From Azolla caroliniana (lineage: Eukaryota > Plantae > Polypodiophyta), in the NCBI GenBank assembly GCA_043228905.1, contig JBHGNT010000018.1, positions 16,120,001 through 16,184,000 of the forward strand: 64,000 bases of DNA, read 5' to 3'. Both the position numbers and the translations under genes were made by a program. Under the pieces are notes generated by a model. The model was not told the origin of the DNA and searched no databases. It worked only from the letters and a program-made list of their open reading frames with translations. Shown one piece after another: positions 1-10,729 of this stretch; within the stretch, counting starts at the first letter, position 1, and each line of letters starts with the position of its first letter.

Positions 1-2
1 AA

Positions 3-170
3 CGAAGGTATCACTGGATCCAGGAAAGAGTAGATGACCAGGAGTTCGCACTGACGAAGATCCACACGGCCGAGAACGGGTCAGATATGCTGACCAAAGT
101 GCAGACACCCGACAAGCTGGACGCATGCCGGAAGAGGATCGGACTGGTAAGACACCCCATGCCGGAGTGA
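3..170 (+). CDS. pol: CopA: C-terminal end of Ty1/copia RNase H (partial, continues left of window)
   Basis: Frame from 3 reads RRYHWIQERVDDQEFALTKIHTAENGSDMLTK...RHPMPE*, matching the RNase H end of CopG. Followed by PPT GAAGGGGGAG. Confidence 0.9.
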   Translation, partial: RRYHWIQERVDDQEFALTKIHTAENGSDMLTKVQTPDKLDACRKRIGLVRHPMPE

Positions 171-180
171 AGGGGGAGTT

Positions 181-839
181 TGTTGGGAGATAGGTCCCTC
201 CGGATGGGAAGGGAGAAGAACAATGCCTATGAACAAACTGTATGAGGTGAACCCGGCTACGGAGAGCCGGATGATGCAGACCCGGTGAAGACCGGATGAG
301 GAGTACCCGGCTACGGAGGGCCAGATGATGCAGAACCGGTATGAACCGGATGAGGAGTACCCGGCTACGGAGAACCGGATGAAGAGACATATTCGTAAAT
401 ATGTTTTCTGATAGTCTATCGAGGCTATATTTGTAAATAGCCGAAAAGTCATATTATTATAAATATGACTTAGGGCAAACTAGTAAAAGAAGGTTGTTGT
501 CATTTTCTTGTTGGTGCAAGAAGAAGAGAGAGTACGTAACGTTGTACAGAGAGAGAGAGAGAAAGAGGTCGTTGCCTCTGTTGTAACCGCCGTTTGTGGC
601 GAAGATCGTGAGTCCGAGGTCGTTGCCTCCATGAACTCACTGTTTTGTACATTCTTACATAGTGACAGTTTGCAGCCTGTGGGCTACCGTGATTTTTCCC
701 CTAGTTTGGGGTTTTCCACGTAAACCTCATGTGTATCTTCCTCTTCTTTGTGTCGTGTTCTATTTCCCGTTTTTCTATGTATCATTCTAAGCTCGGTTGT
801 GGCCGAGCGTTGTGGATAAGGAACGACCAGTTCCCGACA
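181..839 (+). mobile_element. CopA 3' LTR (Tnt1/Tork-like copia), inserted in CopB gag
   Basis: TGTTGGGA...TCCCGACA terminal inverted repeat directly after the PPT. Contains CCGGATGA/CCCGGCTACGGAG repeats (250-380) and a TATA near 457. Similar to the CopG and CopH LTRs. Confidence 0.88.
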
Positions 840-3097
840 CTGGCAAGGGCAAGACCGAAGGCACCAGAGTGATGCCGACAACAATTCCAGACCCTTCGGA
901 AACAGGGGGAGTCGAGGCGACTAGAATCGGCAAGGGAAATCCGTCGCGGAATGCTAGTATTGTGGAAAAAAAGGCCATAGGGAGAGCGAGTGCTGGAAAA
1001 AGCGCGCCGATTCGGAGAGAACCGGGCTGGATCAGGTTTCGGACAGACCGATAAGGGTAATCAGCAACGATTGCACTACGCCGAAGGATCCAGAGAAGGG
1101 TCAGCCTTCGTGACAAGACACGAAGCGAACTCGATGAAGAAGTTCACCCCGAAATCGGACGAGGTGTGGTATGTTGACTCTGGCGCGTCAAACCACATGA
1201 CGTGCCACAAGGAGTGGTTCTCATACCTTGAGAAACCGACCCAACTGGGAGTAGTCGCAACCAGAGACGACACTCCACATCCGATTGTGAATGTTGGTGA
1301 AGTTCCCCTGAGCCATGTCGGGCAGAAAGGGAAACTCATGAACGTTTTACACGTCCCGACAATCACAGAGAACCTGGTGTCGGTCGGGCAGATCGTTGAC
1401 TAGGGGACGCAGGTTCAGTTTACGCATCTCGGGTGCTTCATCGAGGAAGAAGGCCGAGTTATTGCGCAAGGGCGCAGAGGCGGGAGGATGTTTATCCTCG
1501 ACTCTAGCAACGGTGGCACTGCAATGCTCGCGAAAGGACAAAAAGTCGAGTCGGATATCGACTTATGGCACAAGCGGATAGGCCACGTTAACTATCAACG
1601 ACTTCAGGACCTGCAATCGAAACAGGTGGTGTTCGGATTGCCCAAATTTAGTGGCCGGAAGGCACAAATTTGTGAAGCCTGCCAGCTAGGGAAGCAACAC
1701 AGACTTCCCTTCCCTAACGAGCGTAACCGGAGCCGGAACAAGCTTGACTTGATACATTCCGATGTATGGGGGCCGACACAGAATGTTAGTCTTGCGGGAG
1801 TCGATATTTTGTCTCTTTGATCGATGACTATACGCGGCACATGTGGATCTACCTCATTGAGAAGAAGAGTGAAGTCTTCGATTGTTTCTGCAACCTCAAA
1901 GGGTTCGTGGAAATAGAAACAGGAAGGAAGATCAAGTGAATGCGGTCGGATGGCGGAAAAGAGTATTTTTCCGGTTAGTTCAACGAGTATCTGCAACAGA
2001 TGGGAATTTGGCGTGAATTCAGTTGTAGATACACGCCGGAGCAAAACGGCGTGGCCGAGAGGAGGAATTGGTCAATTGTAGAAGCAACATGCAATGCTGG
2101 AGGAAAAGAGCTTGCCCAAGTTCTATTGGGCCGAGGCAATACGAACCGTGGTTTACATCCAAAATCGGATCGGAGAAAAAGTGTCGGCGTATGAGCTGTA
2201 CTTCGGAAGGAAGCTGAATTTGCGACACTTGAGAGTTTTTGGTAGCATTGCATATGTGCATGTGCCGAAGGAAAAACGGAGGAAGTTGGACGCAAAAACC
2301 AAGAAGTGTATCTTGGTCGGCTACTCGGACGAGCAGAAGGGTTATAAGTGTTATAACCCTCGCACCAAACAAGCGCGTGTCCATGTCTTGGTACTTGCCT
2401 CCGACTCCGGACCTCACCTCCAATCTGAGTTCTGACGATGAGGTCAGCAAGGCCGAGATGCCTCCGGATGAGCCTGAAATCGGGACCCACGAAGAGAGTC
2501 CGATTTCATTTTGATTAAGCAGACCGGATGGACAACTGAGTCGGTTCGACCAGTCCGATGAAGAGCCGGCGAGTAGTGGAGACTCGGCCGTGCATTCCCC
2601 GCGCAGGAAGCCGAGGAGAAGGCTTACACGCAAGGAGAAAGGGAAGAAGAAGGTGTCGAATTACGGCACGGATAGGAAAGAGTCGGATCTATGCGAGTCC
2701 GACTCTGAGGGAAGTGATGACGGGCCTTCGAGAGCGAAGTCCGCATCGGCTAAGGAAGCCTCAACATCGGCTAATGACTAATTACGCCGATCTACCCGCC
2801 AGAAGAACCCTGTTGTGCGGTTCGGTTATAATGAGTACATGGCGCACCATTACGTGTACATGACGCGAGTGGCGGAAGTGCGTGAGCCGGAGAGCTACGT
2901 AGAAGCGGCGAAAGACGCGAACTGGCGTGCCGCAATGGAGGAAGAGATGCGCGCGTTGGAAGAAAATGAAACCTGGGACCTGGTTAATGCTCCAAAAGGT
3001 GTGAAGCCGATCGGATGCAGGTGGGTGTACAAGGTCAAGTACAACACCGATGGCTCGGTCAACTGATATAAGGCCCGGTTAGTAGCGAAGGTTACGC
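840..3097 (+). pseudogene. pol: CopB copia gag-pol, 5' part (zinc knuckle, protease, integrase, start of RT)
   Basis: WYVDSGASNHMT protease, LWHKRIGH/CEAC and HSDVWGP integrase, WVYKVK RT start. Several stops and frameshifts. Close relative of CopC. Confidence 0.92.
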
Positions 3098-3900
3098 TGT
3101 CGTAGTGTAGGTTGCACACTATGTGGAAATTATATTTTTGTCCCTCCGGATAAAGAATGGAGTGCTCGGTGAGAACCGGAAGAAAACGGCATACCAGCAA
3201 GGAGGAAAACGGCATACCGGCAAGGAAGAAAACGGCATACCGGCAAGGAAGAGCCGGATAAAGAGACATAAATGTAAAAGGAAAGGAAATACTCACTACT
3301 GCGCAGGGCGTGATTCAAACTCTGCACCTCCACGTTGACAAACCCCAACCTTACCATTACATTAACTTATCTTAAGTGTTTTAAATATAGATTTAATACG
3401 TATAAGACCTTTATTATGCATACCTTTATTAAAAGGTAAATCGTGTATTTTTTTAATATATGAAAAAGAAAAACACGAGACACTAAAAATAACTCATGCA
3501 CATCTAGCGTGCATGAGCCCTATACTTAGGAAATAAAAAAGCATCACATGCACATTTAGTGGACATGCACATTTTGTAAAAAAAAAGCATGAAGCCATGC
3601 TTAGCTCTTCCTCCCTTATATAAGGAGGAGAGAAATATGTAAAGGGTTGTTGATTATTTGGATTAAGTATTAATCAATACAAAAATTATTCGTGGGATTC
3701 ACGATTTATACATCTACTTCTCTCTTAACACCCTAAGTACCAATTAATATAGTATACTCGTGTGATTCACGAGTTTCTTATCTTTCTCTTTGCTATTTAC
3801 TCATAATTAATCTCTATCTCACGAACTTCTTTCTCCTAGTCCAAGACCTCTGTGGTTCCCACCCGACTCACGCAACGATCCGGAGCCGAAAGGCACGACA
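3098..3900 (+). repeat. G1 5' LTR
   Basis: TGTCG...CGACA. Three copies of a 23-bp repeat GGAAGAAAACGGCATACCGGCAA (about 3178-3250). TATATAA near 3617. Confidence 0.97.
3301..3368 (-). promoter_or_regulatory. tRNA-like Pol III A/B-box module in G1 LTR (second copy about 9482-9549)
   Basis: Minus strand reads TAATGTAATGGTAAG...TGGAGGTGCAGAGTTTGAATCACG. The other LTR has GTTCAAATC, implying an ancestral B box GTTCGAATC. Confidence 0.6.
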
Positions 3901-3904
3901 CAGT

Positions 3905-3922
3905 TGGTGAACCCGACGTGAA
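3905..3922 (+). promoter_or_regulatory. G1 primer-binding site, tRNA-Trp
   Basis: TGGTGAACCCGACGTGAA is complementary to the plant tRNA-Trp 3' end (TTCACGTCGGGTTCACCA, as I recall it). Confidence 0.88.
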
Positions 3923-3938
3923 CACGGGTGGCAAGGAG

Positions 3939-5978
3939 ATGGAGGCTCAACAAGCTAACAATATGATGGCGATGTTCGAACGGATGCTTCAAGAACAACG
4001 CACGATGTCGGAGATTTCGGCATCAGTAGAGCGGCTCGTGCAACGCAACGGGCAATTTAATGGTAAGGATGTGTCGCGATATTTGCAGGACTACAAGGCG
4101 GAGATGCTCCGGTGCCGGGCTTCGGAAGGACTGCAAGTGACATCCTTTAACCGGGTGGCGACCGACGGGCTTCAAGGGAGTATCCACGGGTTGCAACAAC
4201 AAAATCCGACGTGGGAAGCATTCGAAGAGGCGTTAAAGACCACGTTTGCCATCGAGGACTCCTCCAAGGCAACGCGGAGGGGATTCGAGGATTGGGTGGA
4301 AACGTCAGGTAAGGGGCTGAAGGTCCTCGAAGTGTTTTCGACATTCGAAAGTCGGTTCGGGAGGTTGTCCGCGAGAGATCAAACTATTCTTGCACCGGAC
4401 AAAGTCATCATGTTTTTGCGAGCTGTGGACGTCCGGGACCGGAAAGATCTCGGAGTGCTTCTTGAGGACACGACCACCGAAAGCGGCCTCACCGAAACAT
4501 GGGAAAGCGTGCGGGATATCGTCGCGCGGTACACGAAGAGGGGGCAATGGCTTGCCAACGAAGAAAAGAGGGTTTCGGAACCGATTCCGAAACCGAGAAC
4601 GGGACTGGAAGACCATCAACCGAGGGCTCGGGAGATTACGGCCGAGAAGGGAGTCGACGCGTCTACGGTGGAGCAGCTGCTGAAGGAGATGGAGAATCTA
4701 AAGATCGCGATGGTGAAGAAGTCGGATGACCGCCCCACAAGCTCCAAATATACGGATCGACGGTGCATATGGTGCGATAGCGCCGAACACGATCGGAGGG
4801 ATTGCGACGACCATAAGGAGGCGCTACGACGGGATCTCATCTACTACGAGGGAAACCGGATTCATTCGATGGACTCTCGGAAGCCACTCCGACCGAACTT
4901 CCGGAAAGGCGGCATGAAGAAGGTGCTCGAGGAGGAGTTAGCGGCAAGAAGCAACTATGCGACAACCGCGAGAATATGTGTCGGGGAGTCATCGGGAGCG
5001 AAGGCATCTTTCTGGCCGGAGGTGCTAGGAAACACCGAGAAAACCGACTCCAACGATATCCGAAACACCGCGGAAGGCGTCCGGGAAGCTACGGGATGGG
5101 AGTGCCCTGTCGACAAGAATAGCATATACGCTCTGTGTCAATTACATGAGGTGTATGTGGACGAGAAACGACGGCGCACGGAGGATGCGGCCGGACCATC
5201 GAAGATACCGGAAAGCTGGAACTCCGGAGGTAAGGGAAAAGAAAAGGCGACTCCGGCATTCAAGCTCGCCTCGGACATAGAACAACAAACCGACTTGAAA
5301 AGAGTGTTCGAGGAAAGAATCTTGGATAGCCGGGTAGATTTTTCGCTGCGGGAACTACTCGGAATAGCGAAGAAGGAGTTTCACGATCTTCTCGTGGATC
5401 TCGTGAAAAGGAAGAGACAAAGTACGGAGGAAAATGCTCCAAGGGTGAATGCAAATACCGTTTCAATGAACGACACCGAAGTGGAAGGCGAAATTCCGAA
5501 CTCCCACTATACAAGGCCACACTGGGCACGTGCGACTACGGAGACTCCGGTCCGAATCGGCAACATCAAAGAACCCGTGCTAGCATTGATTGATCACGGA
5601 TCGGAGATCAACTTGATGTCCAAGGAGTTCTACCGAAAGGGGAAGTGGCCTATAAACACCAACCATGGATGGAAGATTCGGGCAGCCACGAAAACGACAG
5701 AAGACCTATTTGCGGCTTGTCCGGATGTGACGGTAAAGATCGGGGATGTCGAAATTGACCAAAATTTCTTTGTGCAGGATGAGGTTTCACATTCTATCAT
5801 CCTCGGCCAACCCTTTATCACGGCTTCACGGATGGAGACGAAGGTGCTCGATAGTGGTGCGGCTTTTGCGCGAATTCGGAGCCAAAACGGAGGGAAATCC
5901 GTCCAATTCCTAACGGTGCCGGCAAATCACGAAAGGAACAAGAGGGAACTCTTGTCCCAAGTGAGAATGGATTTTTAA
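3939..5978 (+). CDS. gag: G1 ORF1: Gag plus aspartic protease
   Basis: Open 679-codon frame with CIWCDSAEHDRRDC zinc knuckle and LIDHGSEINLM protease. Homologous to G6 ORF1. Confidence 0.92.
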   Translation: MEAQQANNMMAMFERMLQEQRTMSEISASVERLVQRNGQFNGKDVSRYLQDYKAEMLRCRASEGLQVTSFNRVATDGLQGSIHGLQQQNPTWEAFEEALKTTFAIEDSSKATRRGFEDWVETSGKGLKVLEVFSTFESRFGRLSARDQTILAPDKVIMFLRAVDVRDRKDLGVLLEDTTTESGLTETWESVRDIVARYTKRGQWLANEEKRVSEPIPKPRTGLEDHQPRAREITAEKGVDASTVEQLLKEMENLKIAMVKKSDDRPTSSKYTDRRCIWCDSAEHDRRDCDDHKEALRRDLIYYEGNRIHSMDSRKPLRPNFRKGGMKKVLEEELAARSNYATTARICVGESSGAKASFWPEVLGNTEKTDSNDIRNTAEGVREATGWECPVDKNSIYALCQLHEVYVDEKRRRTEDAAGPSKIPESWNSGGKGKEKATPAFKLASDIEQQTDLKRVFEERILDSRVDFSLRELLGIAKKEFHDLLVDLVKRKRQSTEENAPRVNANTVSMNDTEVEGEIPNSHYTRPHWARATTETPVRIGNIKEPVLALIDHGSEINLMSKEFYRKGKWPINTNHGWKIRAATKTTEDLFAACPDVTVKIGDVEIDQNFFVQDEVSHSIILGQPFITASRMETKVLDSGAAFARIRSQNGGKSVQFLTVPANHERNKRELLSQVRMDF

Positions 5979-8900
5979 AGCGGACTGTTGCGGAGTGGGG
6001 AAGTGATAGTCCGAGAAGCCCTGATACCCCACACAGGAAGAAAACTCTCGGAGCAAAACAAGTACGAATCGGCCCGGATGGGGCATCTACGTACACGGCC
6101 GTAACCGGAGGAATGAAGAAACAATACCGACAAGTGGAGGATAAGTTACGGTCGGCATCAATAATAAAAGAAGACGAAGAAATCGTGGGAGTGATCGAGG
6201 AGGTGTTCTATGGGAATACACTACAACGGCTTGAAGAGCTTGCGGAAGATAAAAGCCAAGGGAACCGGGTAGTCCCGGTGGAATCGGTCGAGATGTACGA
6301 GATCGTTGCGAAAATGGGGCCGGATGCGCTCCGCAAAGAAGAAGCAATGGTAAGTACGAAATACAAGACCGTGGAGAAGAAGGTGAAACCGGCCGCGGGA
6401 CCACTACCCGCCGATAGCGAACAAAAGAAGAAAGAAGTCTCGGGAGATCCGACACTTCGGAAGTCCGTGGATATCGGACATGCCTTCACAGATGAGACCC
6501 GGAAGAAACTTCGGATCGGTGGAGGTGGGTTCCTCTTACAAGAAGAAGAAAAACGGTTTCGAGAGATGTTGGAGCAACATGGCAAAGCATTCGCGTTCAC
6601 ATCGAGGGAGATCGGATGCATTGATCCAAAGATAGTGGAGCCGATGGTGATTTTCACGATTGATCATGTACCGTGGAACCTGAAGCCGATTCCGGTGCCA
6701 CGGGCGCATATTCCGAAAGGCATCGACTTGCTCAAGGAGAAGGTGGCGATGGGGATTCTAGAGCCATCAAGTGCTCCGTACTCAAATCGATGGTTTACGG
6801 TTCCGAAGAAGAATGGGTCACTCCGATTCATCCAAGACTTGCAACCGGTGAACAAGGTCACGATCCGGAACTCGGGAGTCGGTCCGATAGTGGACGAATT
6901 CGCGGAAGCTTTTGCCGGACGTGCGATATACTCCATCGGGGATCTATACTCGGGGTATGACCAATTCCAACTAGCCGTGGAGAGCCGAGACATCACTACC
7001 ATGCGGACACCGATAGGACTAGTTCGAATGTGCACACTACCACAAGGAGCGACAAACTCGGTTGCACATATGTTGAACGCGATGAACAAGGTGCTTCGAG
7101 ATTGCATCCCGGAGATAACGATGCCGTTTCTAGATGACATTCCGATGAAAGGATGCGCGGTGGAAGAAAAAGATGAGACTATGGATGATCGGGGATGCCG
7201 AAAGTTCGTGGTCGACCATATTCATGATTGCGAGAAAGTGTTGCGAAAGCTAGAAGATGTGCACCTAACACTTTCCGGGGAGAAATCGGCATTCGGGCAA
7301 GAAGAAATATTGGTGGTCGGACATCTATGTGGACCCTACGGCCGAAGACCGGTATCGGGTGGGTCATCAATCAAGCCGACTCGGATGGTTCACGGTATCC
7401 GATCCGATTTGGAGCAAAGGTCCTCAACGAAAGGCAACGCGGATATGCACAAGTCAAAAGAGAATTGTGGGGAGTCGTGTCGGCGATAAAATCGGATCGG
7501 GATTATTTGATCGGAGCTGAAGTGGTGATCGAGACGGATTGTCTTCCGATACTCGGGATGATGCGGTGTTGTACGATACCGGATGTGGCTATGCTAAGGT
7601 GGATTGCATATGTCAAGTCACTTAATCCGGAGGTTCGACACATCTCGGGGAAGGACAACGCGGTAGCGGACATGTTATCGAGGGCGCGGTTTGAAGACGA
7701 CATAACCGAATCAGATAATGAAGAAGTTTCCGAAGACTACTTCACGTCAGAACACATATGCCGAGTGAACGTGATCCGAGAATTCCGGGAAGAAGAATAC
7801 GAGGGGGAAACCTTGATGATCGGGAAGATGCTACAAGAGGTCGAGGATTCAACCAATGATAAAGAAAGGAGAGCCGAGATCCGAAGGAAGAAGAGGCAAG
7901 TCCAAAAGTTCTTCTTGGAAAACGGTTTAATATGGAGGACGCCGAAAAGACCGGATGGGATACCACTTCGAGTAGTCGGGACGAAAGAGCAACGAAACCG
8001 GATAATATCCGAGTTCCACGAATCCGATTGGGCTGGACATCGAGGAACATGGGCAACTTTTGTGAAAATCAAGCAAAGATATTGGTGGAAGAACATGTAT
8101 AAAGATGTCGCGGAGTTCACAGAAAGCTGCGAGAAATGTCAAGTCTACTCCGGGGTCTGACACCGAGATGAGCTGCATCCGACATTCTCACCGACAATCA
8201 ACTTCAAGTGGATGGTCGACATTGTAGCTATGCCGACCGGGATTGGACAAAAGAAATACTTGGTGTTAGCTCGAGAAGATCTCACAAACCAAGTTGAAGG
8301 TCGAGCGCTTCGGAGGAAAACGTGTGCCGCGGTGTGCCAATTTCTTTTGGAAGAAGTGTTTTGTAGGTACGGCTGCGTAGGACAAGTGATTGCGGACCGG
8401 GGAGAACTCGACTCAGACAAAGCTAGGGGATTCTTCGCCAAACATGGAGTTCGGTTAACGTTGACAACGGCCTACAATCCGGAGGCCAACGGGAAGATCG
8501 AACGAGGACATAGTCCGATCGTGAAAGCACTTGCGAAGGCATGCGACGGAAGGGTGAAGGATTGGCCACAAATGCTTCCGTATGCACTATGGGCGGATCG
8601 GACGACGCATAGCTCCGTGACCGGTTACATGCCGGCAGAACTCATGACCGGACAAGCACCGGTAATGCCAACGGAAACCGCAATCGCGACATGGACAATA
8701 CTACCGTGGAAGGAAGAGATGAGCCGGGAAGAACTACTAGCGGTCCGGATACGACAACTGGAGGGAAGACCGAAAGATGTAGCGGAAGCGTCACGCCGAC
8801 AACAAGAAGCACGGTTCCGGAACAAAAGCCGGTTCGACACAAAGCACCGACTACGACCGAGGAGGATTGAAGAAGGAGATTGGGTGATCGTCTATGATAG

Positions 8901-9291
8901 TAGCTTGGACCATCAACATACAACGATGCGGAAATTCGCGAAAAGGTGGTTCGGGCCGTACGAGGTTCGGAAGGTCTTCGACAACGGGACGTACCGACTG
9001 TCCGAGTTTGATGGAACAAAACTACGAGTACCTATAGCCGGGAAGCGGGTGAAGATTTTCAAGAAGCGGACCGACGACAAACCTTATGTGATCCAAGTCG
9101 AGGCCGACAACGAGGAGCAATCGGACGAAGACCACAATGATGCGGGAAGCGAAGAAAGTGGATTGCAACTCATAGTTGACATAAGGGGAGAATCGGAGGA
9201 AGCTTCGGATGAAGACGGATACGAAGAATCAAGAACTTCGGCACATACCGGAGGATGTGCGGGTTTGGAGGGGGCGAGTGTCGTAGTGTAG
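5975..9291 (+). pseudogene. pol: G1 pol (RT-RNase H-integrase), in the -1 frame relative to ORF1
   Basis: LPQGATNS and FLDD RT motifs, integrase HHCC and core, GPY/F. About 97 codons deleted near 7350 with a frameshift. Premature TGA at 8158-8160. Confidence 0.92.
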
Positions 9292-10081
9292 GTTGCACAC
9301 TATGTGGAAATTATATTTTTGTCCCTCCGGATAAAGAATGGAGTGCTCGGTGAGAACCGGAAGAAAACGGCATACCGGCAAGGAGGAAAACGACATACCG
9401 GCAAGGAAGAAAACGGCATACCGGCAAGGAAGAGCCGGATAAAGAGACATAAATGTAAAAGGAAAGGAAATACTCACTATTGCGCAGGGCGTGATTTGAA
9501 CTCTGCACCTCCACGTTGACAAACCCCAACCTTACCATTACATTAACTTATCTTAAGTGTTTTAAATATAGATTTAATACGTATAAGACCTTTATTATGC
9601 ATACCTTTATTAAAAGGTAAATCGTGTATTTTTTTAATATATGAAAAAGAAAAACACGAGACACTAAAAATAACTCATGCACATCTAGCGTGCATGAGCC
9701 CTATACTTAGGAAATAAAAAAGCATCACATGCACATTTAGTGGACATGCACATTTTGTAAAAAAAAAGCATGAAGCCATGCTTAGCTCTTCCTCCCTTAT
9801 ATAAGGAGGAGAGAAATATGTAAAGGGTTGTTGATTATTTGGATTAAGTATTAATCAATACAAAAATTATTCGTGGGATTCACGATTTATACATCTACTT
9901 CTCTCTTAACACCCTAAGTACCAATTAATATAGTATACTCGTGTGATTCACGAGTTTCTTATCTTTCTCTTTGCTATTTACTCATAATTAATCTCTATCT
10001 CACGAACTTCTTTCTCCTAGTCCAAGACCTCTGTGGTTCCCACCCGACTCACGCAACGATCCGGAGCCGAAAGGCACGACA
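9279..10081 (+). repeat. G1 3' LTR
   Basis: Direct repeat of 3098-3900, preceded by PPT GGAGGGGGCGAG. Confidence 0.97.
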
Positions 10082-10085
10082 ACGC

Positions 10086-10622
10086 GCAGAAACACGACAT
10101 TCACTACGATGAGACGTTTGCGCCGGTTGCAAAGATGACGACCGTCTGTGTTTTGCTCGCGGTCGTTGCGGCAAAAGGGTGGCACTTACATCAGATGGAT
10201 GTAAAGAATGCATTCCTCCAAGGTGAGCTTGAGGAACAGGTGTACATAGTACAACCCCCCAGATTTCACTCCGGACTGAACACCTTGGCGGTGTGCCGAT
10301 TGAAGAAGTCCCTTTATGGACTAATGCAAGCCCCGTGTGCTTGGAACGCGAAGATCACACAACAACTGTTTCGGATGGGCTTTGCGACGTCGAAATCAGA
10401 CTCTTCACTGTTCATCCGGAAAGGTCGACTCGGGCCGGTTAGTATTCTACTTTATGTTGATGACTTGGTCATCACCGGCGCCGACCTAAGTGAAATCAAC
10501 TGCGTGAAGCTCTAGCTTGCGACATCATTCAACATGAAGGATTTGGGGGCTCTTCATTACTTCCTTGGGATCAAAGTGATCTGCACCCTTGAAGGCATAC
10601 TGATCAGCCAACGACATTACGT
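10086..10622 (+). pseudogene. pol: CopB RT continuation
   Basis: Resumes GYA|QKH..YDETFAPVAKM, QMDVKNAFL, LYVDD. Cut by E2 at QRHYV. Confidence 0.92.
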
Positions 10623-10684
10623 TGTCGCGTTGTTACGCGCGTGCACGTAAAAGGGGGCGGGACCACGGGGGTCTTGGACCGAGG

Positions 10685-10688
<4 letters not shown>

Positions 10689-10727
<39 letters not shown>
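10689..10727. repeat. (GA)n microsatellite inside E2 LTR
   Basis: About 19 GA units. Confidence 0.95.

Positions 10728-10729
<2 letters not shown>

Larger units (their letters stand above)
3098..10081 (+). mobile_element. G1: Ty3/gypsy LTR retrotransposon, tRNA-Trp primed, both LTRs present, internally defective
   Basis: 803-bp LTRs at 3098-3900 and 9279-10081 (about 5 transitions seen). TSD ACGC at 3094-3097 and 10082-10085. PBS 3905-3922, PPT 9267-9278. Confidence 0.97.

Noticed and set aside
10033-10515. 160-aa ORF as a novel gene (also 24557-25204 and 43967-44485)
   Set aside because: These are chimeric read-throughs across insertion or deletion junctions.
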